Positions 43,680-54,584 of a DNA stretch of 64,000 nucleotides are shown here, one piece after another (position 1 is the first letter of the stretch; each line of letters opens with the position of its first letter). This stretch comes from Eledone cirrhosa. Taxonomy: Eukaryota. The notes beneath the pieces were generated by a model. It did no database searches and was not told the origin of the DNA. It saw only the letters and a program-made list of their open reading frames with translations. The DNA lies in the NCBI GenBank assembly GCA_964016885.1, contig OZ024745.1:4030001-4094000 (forward strand), written 5' to 3'. Made by a program: the position numbers and the translations under genes.

Positions 43680-45203
43680 CAGTGCTCTGTCCTTAGCCCC
43701 CTCCTATTTATTTTTGCCCTTCAGGCTATAACAGAGGAGTTCAAGACCGGCTGCCCATGGGAACTCCTATATGCAGATGATCTAATGCTCATAGCTGAAT
43801 CAATGGCTGAACTAGAAAAGAAATTCCAAACATAGAAGCATGGCCTAGATCAAAAGGCCTTAAAGTTAACTTGTCTAAGACTAAAGTCCTAGTTTGTAGA
43901 AAGGAAAATAAGGGACAGATACCCTCAGGGAAATGGCCATGCTCAGTGTGTAGGAAAGGAGTAGGCAGAAATTCCATTTTATGTCCCAAATGCAAAATAT
44001 GGGTACATAAAAGATGTAGTGGGATCACAGGTAAACTATCTAAGAACGTAGACTTTAAATGTGGCCGATGCTCAGGTACAATAGGTAGCAAGTGTCCACA
44101 GGATACTAGCTCCTTCTATTACTCAGATGGTTCTATAGAAATAGTAGACACTTTCCGTTACCTGGGTGATGAAATCAGCAGTGGTGGAGGGTGTTCTGAA
44201 AGTACAGTAGCCAGAATCAGAACGGGATGCAAAAAGTTCAGAGAGCTTATACCGCTGTTGGCCACTAAAGGTTTTTCTCTAAAAATGAAAGGCAGACTGT
44301 ATGATGCTTGCATACGAACAGCAATGCTACATGGCAGTGAGACATGGGCATTACATGTAGACTGGAGAGGAATGAAGCATGCATGCTCCGTTGGATGTGT
44401 AATACTAAATACACTCTACATATTACTATACTAAATACACTATACATATTACTTTACTAAATACACTCTATACATATTACTATACTAAATACACTCTATA
44501 CATAACGGCAAAGCATAAATGAACTAAGTGAGAAATTAGGAATAAGACGGATCAGATGCTGTTTACTCGAGAGAAGACTACGTTGGTATGGCCACGTGAT
44601 GCGCATGAAAGATGACAGCTGTATAAAAAAGTGCAGGGCGATCAAAATTGATGGTAGTTACGGAATAGGTAGACCCAGAAAAACCTGGGACGATCTGATA
44701 AATTCCGACCTTACACACTTGCACCTCTCCAAGACAATGTCACTGGACCAAGATCTTTGGCGCTACGCAGTAATACAGAAGATCCGCATTGCCTAAGTAC
44801 AAAGCGAAGCCTACAGTCAGTAGGCACCTCTTAACCAAATATACACCCCAATCCACTAACCCTACCCTATCCTTCCACTCCCACCAACACCCTCTCTCTG
44901 TAAAGTTAGTACCACAACATCCAGTCCAAATAAATGAGATCGAGATCGTGTAGGCGTCATGAGAAAACACACACAGTCCACGCTGTAATGTGGCCGTGTA
45001 GGCAACACGGTAAAAAGTTCCCAGTTCCACACTGTAAATGTGGTTGGTGTTAGGAAGGGCATCCAGCCGTAGAAAACCTGCCAGATAGTCCTATATGAGC
45101 GAGACACGGTCACCCGACCAACCTTGACTCAAATTGGGACAATTCCAGTCTAACCCATGCTAGCGTGGAAGATGGACGTTAAACGAAGATGATGAGGATG
45201 ATG
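43680..45203 (+). mobile_element. 5'-truncated RTE-clade LINE, decayed
   Basis: Translates as QCSVLSPLLF...CPWELLYADDL (RT motifs), a Cys-rich segment (WPCSVC...WVHKRC...CGRC), FRYLGD, LHGSETW, RLRWYGHVMRM and GRPRKTW, with stops and frameshifts. The 3'UTR has AGGAAGGGCATCCAGCCG and ends in a (GAT)n tail. Confidence 0.93.
44402..44504. repeat. About 4 monomers of the 28-bp satellite embedded in the LINE ORF
   Basis: ATACTAAATACACTCTACATATTACT... lies between the LINE codons for RWMCN and RQSINEL. Confidence 0.92.
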
Positions 45204-45481
45204 TATATATATATATATGCAGAGATATTCACTATATAACTATATACAGTATATATATATATACACACACAGAGGTGCTCTCTATATAACTATATACAGA
45301 AATATATATATATATATATATATACATACATACAGAGGTGCTCTCTATATAACTATATACAGTATATATATATATATATATATACATACATACAGAGGTG
45401 CTCTCTATATAACTATATACAGTATATATATATATATATATATACATACATACAGAGGTGCTCTCTATATAACTATATACA

Positions 45482-45520
<39 letters not shown>

Positions 45521-45553
45521 CATACAGAGGTGCTCTCTATATAACTATATACA

Positions 45554-45598
<45 letters not shown>

Positions 45599-45647
45599 CA
45601 GAGGTGCTCTCTATATAACTATATACAGTATATATATATATATATAT

Positions 45648-45863
45648 TGGTAAACGGAATAGAAAATGCTGACAAATTGTTTACAGTTGAAAAATAGTTT
45701 AATTAGGAATAAAAGAGTATTAGTGATTGTATGGGTTAGTATTCAGTTGTGGTTTTAAGTTTTTAAGTTTTTACCAGTTGCGCATTTCTAAATGCTTTTC
45801 AAAAATAATTTTGAGATAGAGTGTCCGTGTTGTTTGCTCTGATCAGAGCAAACAACACGGACA
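45648..45863 (-). mobile_element. Short Penelope-like pLTR remnant with degenerate hammerhead fold and 42-bp perfect palindromic cap
   Basis: Flanked by (TA)n. Minus strand reads TTT-TTGAAAA-GCATTT-AG-AAATGC-GCAA-CTGG-TA-AAA at 45805-45769. The palindrome 45822-45863 has 21-bp arms and no loop. Confidence 0.6.
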
Positions 45864-45953
45864 TTATATATATATAACTATATACAGTATATATATATAA
45901 TTATATACAGTATATATATGTGAGAAAAACCACAGACCCTCCATCTCAACTCA

Positions 45954-45991
45954 CCTTTTGAAAAGCAGAAGAACTGCGAAACCGGTAAAGG
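45954..45991 (+). ncRNA. Minimal type I hammerhead ribozyme fold (U3:A8 core variant) within a Penelope-like remnant (~45920-46055)
   Basis: CCTT (stem I) TTGAAAA (core) GCAG-AAGAA-CTGC (stem II) GAAA CCGG TA AAGG (stem I'); palindromic ACCGGT stem III; AATAAA just downstream. Confidence 0.68.
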
Positions 45992-46058
45992 AACCAAATA
46001 AATATATATTTTTTTTAAAAATAAGACTCCAGTTGCATTTTCGATTTCATCTCTTTTT

Positions 46059-46110
<52 letters not shown>

Positions 46111-46112
<2 letters not shown>

Positions 46113-46304
46113 CGAAGGAAATGTGGTAAGGAACCAGGTGGACCATAACGCACCAAAGTACTCAATACTTGAGGTAGTAGAGTGGGTAATAGGAACCAGT
46201 AAGACCCCGACAGCTGAGCTCAAGCCGTTTCGACGGCTAATTCTGTCCAGAATTAGCCGTCGAAACGGCTTGAGCTCAGCTGTCGGGGTCTTACTGGTTC
46301 CTAT
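46111..46304. mobile_element. (TA)n-embedded element ending in a perfect hairpin with 57-bp arms (46189-46304)
   Basis: ATAGGAACCAG...AATTCTG / TC / CAGAATT...CTGGTTCCTAT; explains the mirror-image ORFs in the ORF track. Confidence 0.8.
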
Positions 46305-46641
46305 ATATATATATATATATATATACAGAGGTGCTCTATATATAACTATATACAGTATATATATCAACAGAAGTGCTCTCTATATAATTCTCAAAACTCA
46401 CCTCTACACTCATTATCACATTATTTACATTTAGTCATTTATCTGCACCCAACACCCCTCAAACACTCTCAAATATCCTTTCTTACACTTATTTTGTTCT
46501 TGGCTAATTTTCTTACAGATGTTCCACTAGAAATGACATCTGTATTTCCACATTCTAGTAAATAACTGTTATCTAACACTACTTAGTTGCAAATGAACCT
46601 TCTCCTCATTATAATTGTTCCATCTTCAACCAGACTTTCAA

Positions 46642-47037
46642 ACCACTAGGCTGTGCATATAAACATATTCTACACCACTAGGTTGTATATAAACAACATA
46701 TTCTACACCACTAGGCTGTGTATATAAACATATTCTACACCACTAGGTTGTGTATATAAACAACATATTCTACACCACTAGGTTGTGTATATAAACAACA
46801 TATTCTGCACCACTAGGCCGTGTATATAAACATATTCTACACCACTAGGTTGTGTATATAAACATATTCTACACCACTAGGCTGTGTATATAAACATATT
46901 CTACACCACTAGGCTGTGTATATAAACATATTCTACACCACTAGGCTGTATATAAACAACATATTCTACACCACTAGGCTGTGTATATAAACATATTCTA
47001 CACCACTAGGCTGTGTATATAAACATATTCTACACCA
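46642..47037. repeat. 32-35-bp minisatellite (~12 copies)
   Basis: Unit ACCACTAGGCTGTGTATATAAACATATTCTAC. Confidence 0.95.
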
Positions 47038-49303
47038 AGCAAGGATTTGGTATTCTCCATTCCTTTTGCCTTAGTCTTTTTCTAGTGGGGTCAAAATTAA
47101 TCTAGTACTCATGTCCTTCTCCATGGATAATGATGGTTGGCTAGTTTTTTAAACTTTCTATTGTAGGTTGTAAAATTATTAACACTAAAGTCTAGGAATC
47201 TTTTTCCTTGGATTATTTCCTCTTTGTAAACTAACATATCTATCCTGCTTCTTGTCATAACAATTAAAATCCTCAGCTTCGTATGTCATAGATTTCTGTA
47301 GTAGTTTGCTTAAGAGCCAATTAGAAATAGATCACTCATCCATTAATGTTACTTATGTAGCTAAAGTAGAAATAACAGATACTATTATAAGCTTGAATAT
47401 AATTCTATTTTCTACTCTTGTTAGATACCTCAATTAATATAACTATTCCACAAGTAACAAAGTTATTATTTCATCAGTCAAACCTATGTCCTTTCACATT
47501 AAACTTCATCCTTTTTTCTGCAGCAAATTATATTAAAATAAACCTTACTGAGATTCAGTATGGTAACTGTGTATGTTTTTATATCTCTCTGCAGAAGGCT
47601 GACTGTAAAAACTGTTGATGCAACATAGTAGCATGATTTAGATTTGCAGATGTAAAAAGATTGGAGAGAAATGAAGAATATTAGATGTATAATTAAACAA
47701 TAATCAGTGTTACTAATGAACTGTGAAAATAGCTGTTAAAGGTAGCTGATGTAGATATTAGCGTTCGGTCCTAATTACAATATTTCTTTAGAGTACAATA
47801 CAAAGAATCTAACTATAGTAATACTTTGAATTGTTACAGTTTTTTCTTATTTTGTGAATATATTTTTGTTTTATCAGATGAATTCCCTGACTACATTGTG
47901 AACTAGTTCAGATTTGTAATCCTGCTTACACAATTAGAAATCAGAATAATTTACAACATAAATTCTATTTATATTCTAATTCTAGTTTTATAGATCTTTC
48001 AACTTCACTAGCTTTGGATTTGCAAACATTGGTGAAGGGCAATACTTATTTTATAAAGATCTTAATAGCCACATTTTTAATGAGAAACAGTTTATCTAGC
48101 TTTAGAAGTATATGAAACTTGAATATTGTCGCTGTTAAAAGTTTATATTTTAGATAAAACACTAATATTTTTTATGCAAGCCAAGCTTTCAAATAAGCAC
48201 TATATCTATAAACATGAATGTAAAACATGGAAAATAAAAGGATTCATAAGCAATGGGGAGATTGAGTTAGTATATAACTAACTGATCATTTAGACTAAAC
48301 ACTACTTAAATTACCAGTGAATATTATATATATATAAAACACTAAAATTAGTAATTTCATCTGTAAATTGTTCTTGAAACAGGCGCAGCCAAGCATGGTA
48401 TTAGCAACTTATATATGATTTATGAAATATATAGCAAAATTAGTATTCTTAAATGCATGGCTTTAAAACAAAATTTGGGAATATAGTTTTGCTCTTTATA
48501 TATATAAATAAAGAATAATTGTCAGAAGAAGCAATAAAACACTGTTTGTCACTTGGGTCACAATGTATAATAATAAAACGTTTATATTTTGAATCTAGTG
48601 CTTTTGTCTTTCATGAGATTTATAAACATTATAGTTTTTGACCCACGGGACAAACAATGTTTTATTTCTTCTTCTGACAAATATATTTTATTGATATACT
48701 ATTCTGTATTGTGTGTGTGTATATATATATGCGTATTTACACACACACACACACAACATAAGTTTTGTCTTGTTCTATGATGAAATAATTACTGTACAGT
48801 TTATACAATTTTGTGCATTGTAAAGGAATAATTATGAGGATTGCTTTAAATTAATACTAGTCAGTTTTCTTTGGTGAATTCTATTTTTTATGTTAGTATT
48901 GGCATGTGTAAACTTCAGTTTTGTAGTAAAATCAAATTGTTACAAAAAGTATTGAATCTCAATATATTTTTGTTGTAGGCTTATAATACTAGTGCATTAG
49001 TTTCATTTCTTCTTGTATTGTTGTCTTCAAACGGTAATATCTGGTTGGAAAGGTAAGCGTGGTAGCAATCTGTGGAACTATCCATGTATTTTATAACAGG
49101 CTACCAAATCTCTTCATTTAAGCATCTCCTTCCATTTTCCAGCCATTTCATCAATGTTTTACAGAAAGATGGGAAAAGTATAAATTCTAGCTTCTCTCCA
49201 TTGGCCATTAGATTCATTTCACTTATAATATATTTTTTTTAATGATGAAAGAAAATACAGCATAGACTAAATTTAAAGTCTTCTTTATTTTATGTAAAGT
49301 GAA

Positions 49304-49420
49304 GGCGTGTGGCTTAGTGGTTAGAGAATTGAATTCACTATCTCACAATTGTGAGTTTGATTCCTGAACCAGGCAATACGTTATGTCCTTGAGCAAGACA
49401 CTTTATTTCACGTTGCTCTT
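49304..49420 (+). mobile_element. tRNA-derived SINE 5' part (CORE-like)
   Basis: GGCGTGTGGCTTAGTGGTTAG (A box), GAGTTTGATTCC (B box), then GTCCTTGAGCAAGACACTTTA (CORE-like). Confidence 0.75.
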
Positions 49421-50442
49421 TCTGCCAGGAGTTTCAGCCAGTAGATTGTATCAGGAAATGGCAAGACCAATGGAAACATTGTTTCCTTGGTCTGATTTGA
49501 TAAGTTCCACCTCACTTGGTAGGTGAATGAGGTCTGAGAACTTGTCAATCATATCGTATTTATTATTTTATGTGAAAAAGTTAACGAAAGTAAAATGATA
49601 GTATTTTTCATAATTTGAAATTTTCTTTTGTGTTCAGGACATGTGATGACCTTTTGAACATACTCGAGGTATTGTTTCATTAGAATGCATGTTGTTACCA
49701 ACAGAGAACAAATCAATTCTTAATCTAAGCTATTTTCTTATCAACAGCTTCATAACTTTTTAAACCGTTGGAGTGACATTAAATTTCACTGTTAAGACCT
49801 ATAAAATATATTTTTTCCATAATCAATTCTTTTTTTCTCTTTCCAATTCAACTTATTAGCACAATTATTTTAACAAACAATAATACTATATTTTCTATTT
49901 TCTCAATTGTAAGCAACTTTTTTTTTATTATTTTATTTTAGTATGTGTTATATTTTTAAAACTTGTTCATAATTCTTGTTGTATTTTTCCGAGTGATTCT
50001 CATAATAATTTTCCTAAATATTGTTGAAGAGGAGAAGAACATTTTTCTCTCAACATTCAGATTACAGCAGAGTCAGGTTTTATGAGTTTTTCAATAAATA
50101 ATATTTGTTTAAACTAGAAAACTCTAATTAACAACAACAGCACGTTCTCTTCATTCCCTATTATACTTTCTATCAGTTGTAGCTATATATTTCACTGACT
50201 ACACATCAACCATTACACTTTGTAGCTATTGATTCACCACATCAACCATTATAAGAACCAAGTTGGAAAATATTTTCATACAATTATGTATTATGGTGAT
50301 TGTTGCAAGAATAATTATTGGAATGTGTGTGTAAGATATACACACAGTGTTGCCTGAGTTTTTGTTAAATATAGCAGTATATATTTACACTTCATACAGT
50401 TAGTTACATGTGCAGCTGTGTGTGTGTATATATATATATATA

Positions 50443-50655
50443 CACAGTTATATTTTGGGAGGGTCATGCTGCCAATAAAAACACATGCAACTGTCGGTTT
50501 TCACTTCAATTTATTATAAATTTCTGGTTGTTTATATATTGTCAAAGCTCTTTTGTCACACATTCTGTGACCTCCTCAGTGACTGGGGGAGGTCACAGAA
50601 TGTGTGACAAAAGAGCTTTAACAATATATAAACAACCATCTGGTTAGCGAACCAA

Positions 50656-50658
<3 letters not shown>
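50443..50658 (-). mobile_element. (TA)n-embedded Penelope-like remnant with ~56-bp-arm fold-back and degenerate hammerhead
   Basis: Imperfect inverted repeat 50525-50638. Minus strand 50583-50541 reads GTCA-CTGAGGA-GGTCAC-AGAATGT-GTGAC-AAAA-GAGC-TT-TGAC. Confidence 0.62.
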
Positions 50659-50692
<34 letters not shown>

Positions 50693-50901
50693 GACTTGGA
50701 GAGAGATGTGCTACACTTGATTCAAAATACCTTGATTCATCAGGAGTGACCAAAGAAAGAATGATATATTGGTGTATGAAGAAAGAGGTTATATCAAAAA
50801 TGGGTTTTTTTTAAATCTAGCTGCTCATTATATTAATTTCCATAATGATTCTTTACGTAAGGAACCACATTGCTTTGATTAGAAGATAAAACAGATTTGT
50901 A

Positions 50902-51196
50902 ATAGTAGACAGTATTTGATGAGGTAACTGTGATATAGTAGACAGTATTTGATGAGGTAACTGTGATATAGTAGACAGTATTTGATGAGGTAACTGTGAT
51001 ATAGTAGACAGTATTTAATGAGGTAACTGTGATATAGTAGACAGTATTTGATGAGCTAACTGTGATATAGTAGACAGTATTTGATGAGGTAACTGTGATA
51101 TAGTAGACAGTATTTGATGAGGTAACTGTGATATAGTAGACAGTATTTGATGAGCTAACTGTGATATAGTAGACAGTATTTGATGAGCTAACTGTA
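50902..51196. repeat. 33-bp minisatellite (~9 copies)
   Basis: Unit ATAGTAGACAGTATTTGATGAGGTAACTGTGAT. Confidence 0.95.
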
Positions 51197-52860
51197 AATT
51201 AACCAGAAATAATTTAATCATTTCTGATATATGGACATGGCAGTACTTTTTTAATTATATATTTTGATAATATTTAAACTTTTCTTAACTGAACAAGTAA
51301 TTATATGGAAACAAAACATTTGTGTGTCTGAGAAAAAATGAGTGTGTGATTATTTGAGACTTAGATGGTGTTTGATTTTATTTAAGTAATGCAACAATTC
51401 AATTAAAAATCTGGGAGTTGTATTGATACATCTGTTTGTCACCCTCCCACTAAAAATATCCATGTAATTAATCTCTCTCTCCATCCTGTCACATCCCTCT
51501 CTCCATTCTATCACATCTCATCTCTCTTGTCTCTCCCCACTCTGTCACAACTCATCTCTCTCCACTCTATCACTTCTCTCTCTCATCATCCTATCACATC
51601 TCTCTTCACAGTTTTATCTTTCTTTGTGCATGATTTTTAAGAATGATTCCTCTATACCATGTCTATAAACTAAAATGCTGTCAAGTTTTCCATGTTACTA
51701 TACAAAAAGAAGAAAGGTTGAAGAGACACTGACATTTGTCTTAGATATAACTTTTCTTCAAAGAACTCATTCCTTATGGAATACTCTAATATGTACATCA
51801 ACCAAGAACAGAATCATATTCATACCAATATTAAATCATAGCATTTATTAATAATTACTAATCTCTAAAACACTGAATTTAATGTTTCTTTTGCTTTTCT
51901 GATGGGAAACTCCAACATCTGAAATAATATTGTGTGGCTGCAAATAAACTGATTAGTGAAAATATAATGAACAACATGGAAAATAGATGTAAAATGATGA
52001 GGATGATAAAGAATTGTTGTCCATTAGTATTTAAATTATCACAAAATAAAATAATACAATATTGTTGAATTTAGTATGATTGTTAAGAAAAAAATGTTCT
52101 TAAGAAACATTTCTTGCTTATGTCACAGCAAAACATTTTTGACCATGATGGAATTGTTGCAAAGTTTTGAGAAAGATTCCTGAAACTTATCAGACAACAT
52201 TTAATGGATAATGTAAACTAATTATTATAATTCATAATTGGTTAGAACCATTTGGATGTGGCACCAACTTCTTCTAATAATCAGTCTAAATCTCCAAATA
52301 TATATAAAAAATAATAGTCGGTGTCAGTTTTTTCAGTAAAGACAAATCTAAATTCTCTACAAGATTCAAAGTAGCAAATGTGAATTCCTTAACATATCAA
52401 GATTCCAAAGTATGATTGATTGCTCAATATAATTTGGTATCGACTTGTAATAAATATTTTTATAAATTATCATCACTAATATATATTTCTTCTGTTAAAT
52501 TTATAGAGCTTTGTCAGTATTGTACCATTTTAAAATAAACATGATAATTTTATTACAATATTTAGTTTAAATTAATGATTGACTTCTGTAAACCAAAAAC
52601 TGTTCTTCAAATCTCTAAATGTTTTAAACACAATCTTTCTAGACTTTTCTAACCTCTTTCTATATCTCTTTATAAAATCAAGTCTAAAGATATTTTATAA
52701 CTTAATAATGTTACTGAAACAATGATTAATTTTAATAAATAAATAAGGAAGAAACAATATCTTAGAATATTTACTCCTGAATTTCTAATAGTTTATAGTA
52801 AATGTTGTATTGTTGACTTGAATTATAATTCAATAATATATATATCTTTATTTATTATAG

Positions 52861-52972
52861 CATGAGGATTATCCAGAACTGGAACTTGGAGAACACAGTA
52901 TTTTTTATAAACTTGGGCAAAGTGGACTAATCTCCTTCTCTGATTACATCCTGTTGCTGACCGTACTATCAA
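52861..52972 (+). CDS. MICU1: Mitochondrial calcium uptake protein 1, internal exon (first one found in the window)
   Basis: AG/GT bounded, 112 nt: HEDYPELELGEHSIFYKLGQSGLISFSDYILLLTVLS, matching the MICU1 motif SIFYxLGxxGLISFSDYIFLxTVLS; phase 1 joins the next exon (A+CA = Thr). Confidence 0.93.
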
Positions 52973-53178
52973 GTAAATTACTTCTACCAGTTTTTTTATA
53001 TATTCATATAATGAATCATCATCATTAAACACAGTTATTCTCAACCTTCCTTGGGACCCATTTTTTGTGTCAAAAATATTTCAGCCTACATAAGCACAAA
53101 TAGAAATTCCATGTAACAAGAAATATATTTGTTTTACAAAAGTAAAATGTAGCAGAAAATATAAATCCTGTCTAATAA

Positions 53179-54194
53179 CTACACTGCTGTAACACCACAC
53201 AATCCTGATTACACTGCTGTAACACCACACAATCCTGTCTACACTGCTGTAACACCTCACATTCCTGTCTACACTGCTGTAACACCACACAATCCTGACT
53301 ACACTGCTGTAACACCACACATTCCTGTCTACACTGCTGTAACACCACACATTCCTGTCTACACTGCTGTAACACCACAATCCTGTCTACACTGCTGTAA
53401 CACCACATTCCTGTCTACACTGCTGTAACACCTCACAATCCTGTCTACACTGCTGTAACACCACACATTCCTGTCTACACTGCTGTAACACCACAATCCT
53501 GTCTACACTGCTGTAACACCTCACAATCCTGTCTACACTGCTGTAACACCACACAATCCTGTCTACACTGCTGTAACACCACACATTCCTGTCTACACTG
53601 CTGTAACACCACACATTCCTGTCTACACTGCTGCAACACCACATTCCTGTCTACACTGCTGTAACACCACACAATCCTGTCTACACTGCTGTAACACCAC
53701 ACAATCCTGTCTACACTGCTGTAACACCACACAATCCTGTCTACACTGCTGTAACACCACACAATCCTGTCTACACTGCTGTAACACCACACAATCCTGT
53801 CTACACTGCTGTAACACCACACAATCCTGTCTACACTGCTGTAACACCACACATTCCTGTCTACACTGCTGTAACACCACACAATCCTGTCTACACTGCT
53901 GTAACACCACACAATCCTGTCTACACTGCTGTAACACCACACAATCCTGTCTACACTGCTGTAACACCACACAATCCTGTCTACACTGCTGTAACACCAC
54001 ACATTCCTGTCTACACTGCTGTAACACCACACAATCCTGACTACACTGCTGTAACACCACACATTCCTGTCTACACTGCTGTAACACCACACAATCCTGA
54101 CTACACTGCTGTAACACCACACAATCCTGACTACACTGCTGTAACACCACACAATCCTGTCTACACTGCTGTAACACCACACAATCCTGACTAC
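53179..54194. repeat. 30-bp minisatellite (~34 copies), intronic
   Basis: Unit CTACACTGCTGTAACACCACACAATCCTGT. Confidence 0.97.
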
Positions 54195-54379
54195 AAGATT
54201 ATATAGCAGCAGCTGACCTAAATATGTAATCTATACAGAACATATAAGCCTTTCCCATATTTTGGATAAGTTAAATAAAGATAATTCTTAAAGATTCTAC
54301 TTGGTGATATCAACTCACAACTGTTTAGTTACTAGTCTGATATTTACATAGCTATACATATTTTCTTTTCTTTTTTCAG

Positions 54380-54462
54380 CACCTCAAAGAAATTTTGAAA
54401 TTGCTTTCCAGATGTTTGATTTAAATGGTGATGGTAATGTTGATGCTGAAGAATTTGAAAAG
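54380..54462 (+). CDS. MICU1: MICU1 exon with canonical EF-hand 1
   Basis: 83 nt, AG/GT bounded: (T)[27 protein letters not shown]. Confidence 0.96.
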
Positions 54463-54584
54463 GTATTCCATTTTAAATTGTATTTCTATAACTGATACTT
54501 TTGTTTGATTTCTTCATTTTATGATATATATAACCTTAGTTTACTTCATAATTATACAATATCTTCGATCATCTCAGCATAGTA

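Larger units (their letters stand above)
43575..46387. repeat. Compound minisatellite (TA)n-CAGAGGTGCTCTCTATATAACTATATACAG, split by a LINE and by small hairpin elements
   Basis: Units at 43575-43680, 45204-45647, 45864-45919 and 46305-46387; insertions sit within the (TA)n tracts. Confidence 0.85.

Noticed and set aside
45217-46434. YI-rich ORFs and mirror-image ORFs on both strands
   Set aside because: Products of (TA)n tracts and the 46189-46304 palindrome.
48589-48780. ORF with FDPRDK...FISSSDKYILL, faintly MICU1-like
   Set aside because: The true GLISFSDY exon is at 52861; the similarity is weak and there are no fitting splice sites.
48979-49052. AG/GT-bounded candidate cassette exon
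   Set aside because: Lengths of 55 or 74 nt are not multiples of three and there is no convincing MICU1 homology.
49638-49668. 31-nt candidate micro-exon (TTCAG|GACATG...CGAG|GTATTG)
   Set aside because: Frame-breaking with early stops; such motifs are common by chance and cannot be supported without RNA data.
50560-50605. CACAGAATGT shared with the Helitron-like element ends
   Set aside because: A 10-mer match in an unrelated context (hammerhead stem II and loop); treated as coincidence.
52823-53044. Minus-strand 73-aa ORF
   Set aside because: Antisense shadow of the MICU1 exon at 52861-52972.
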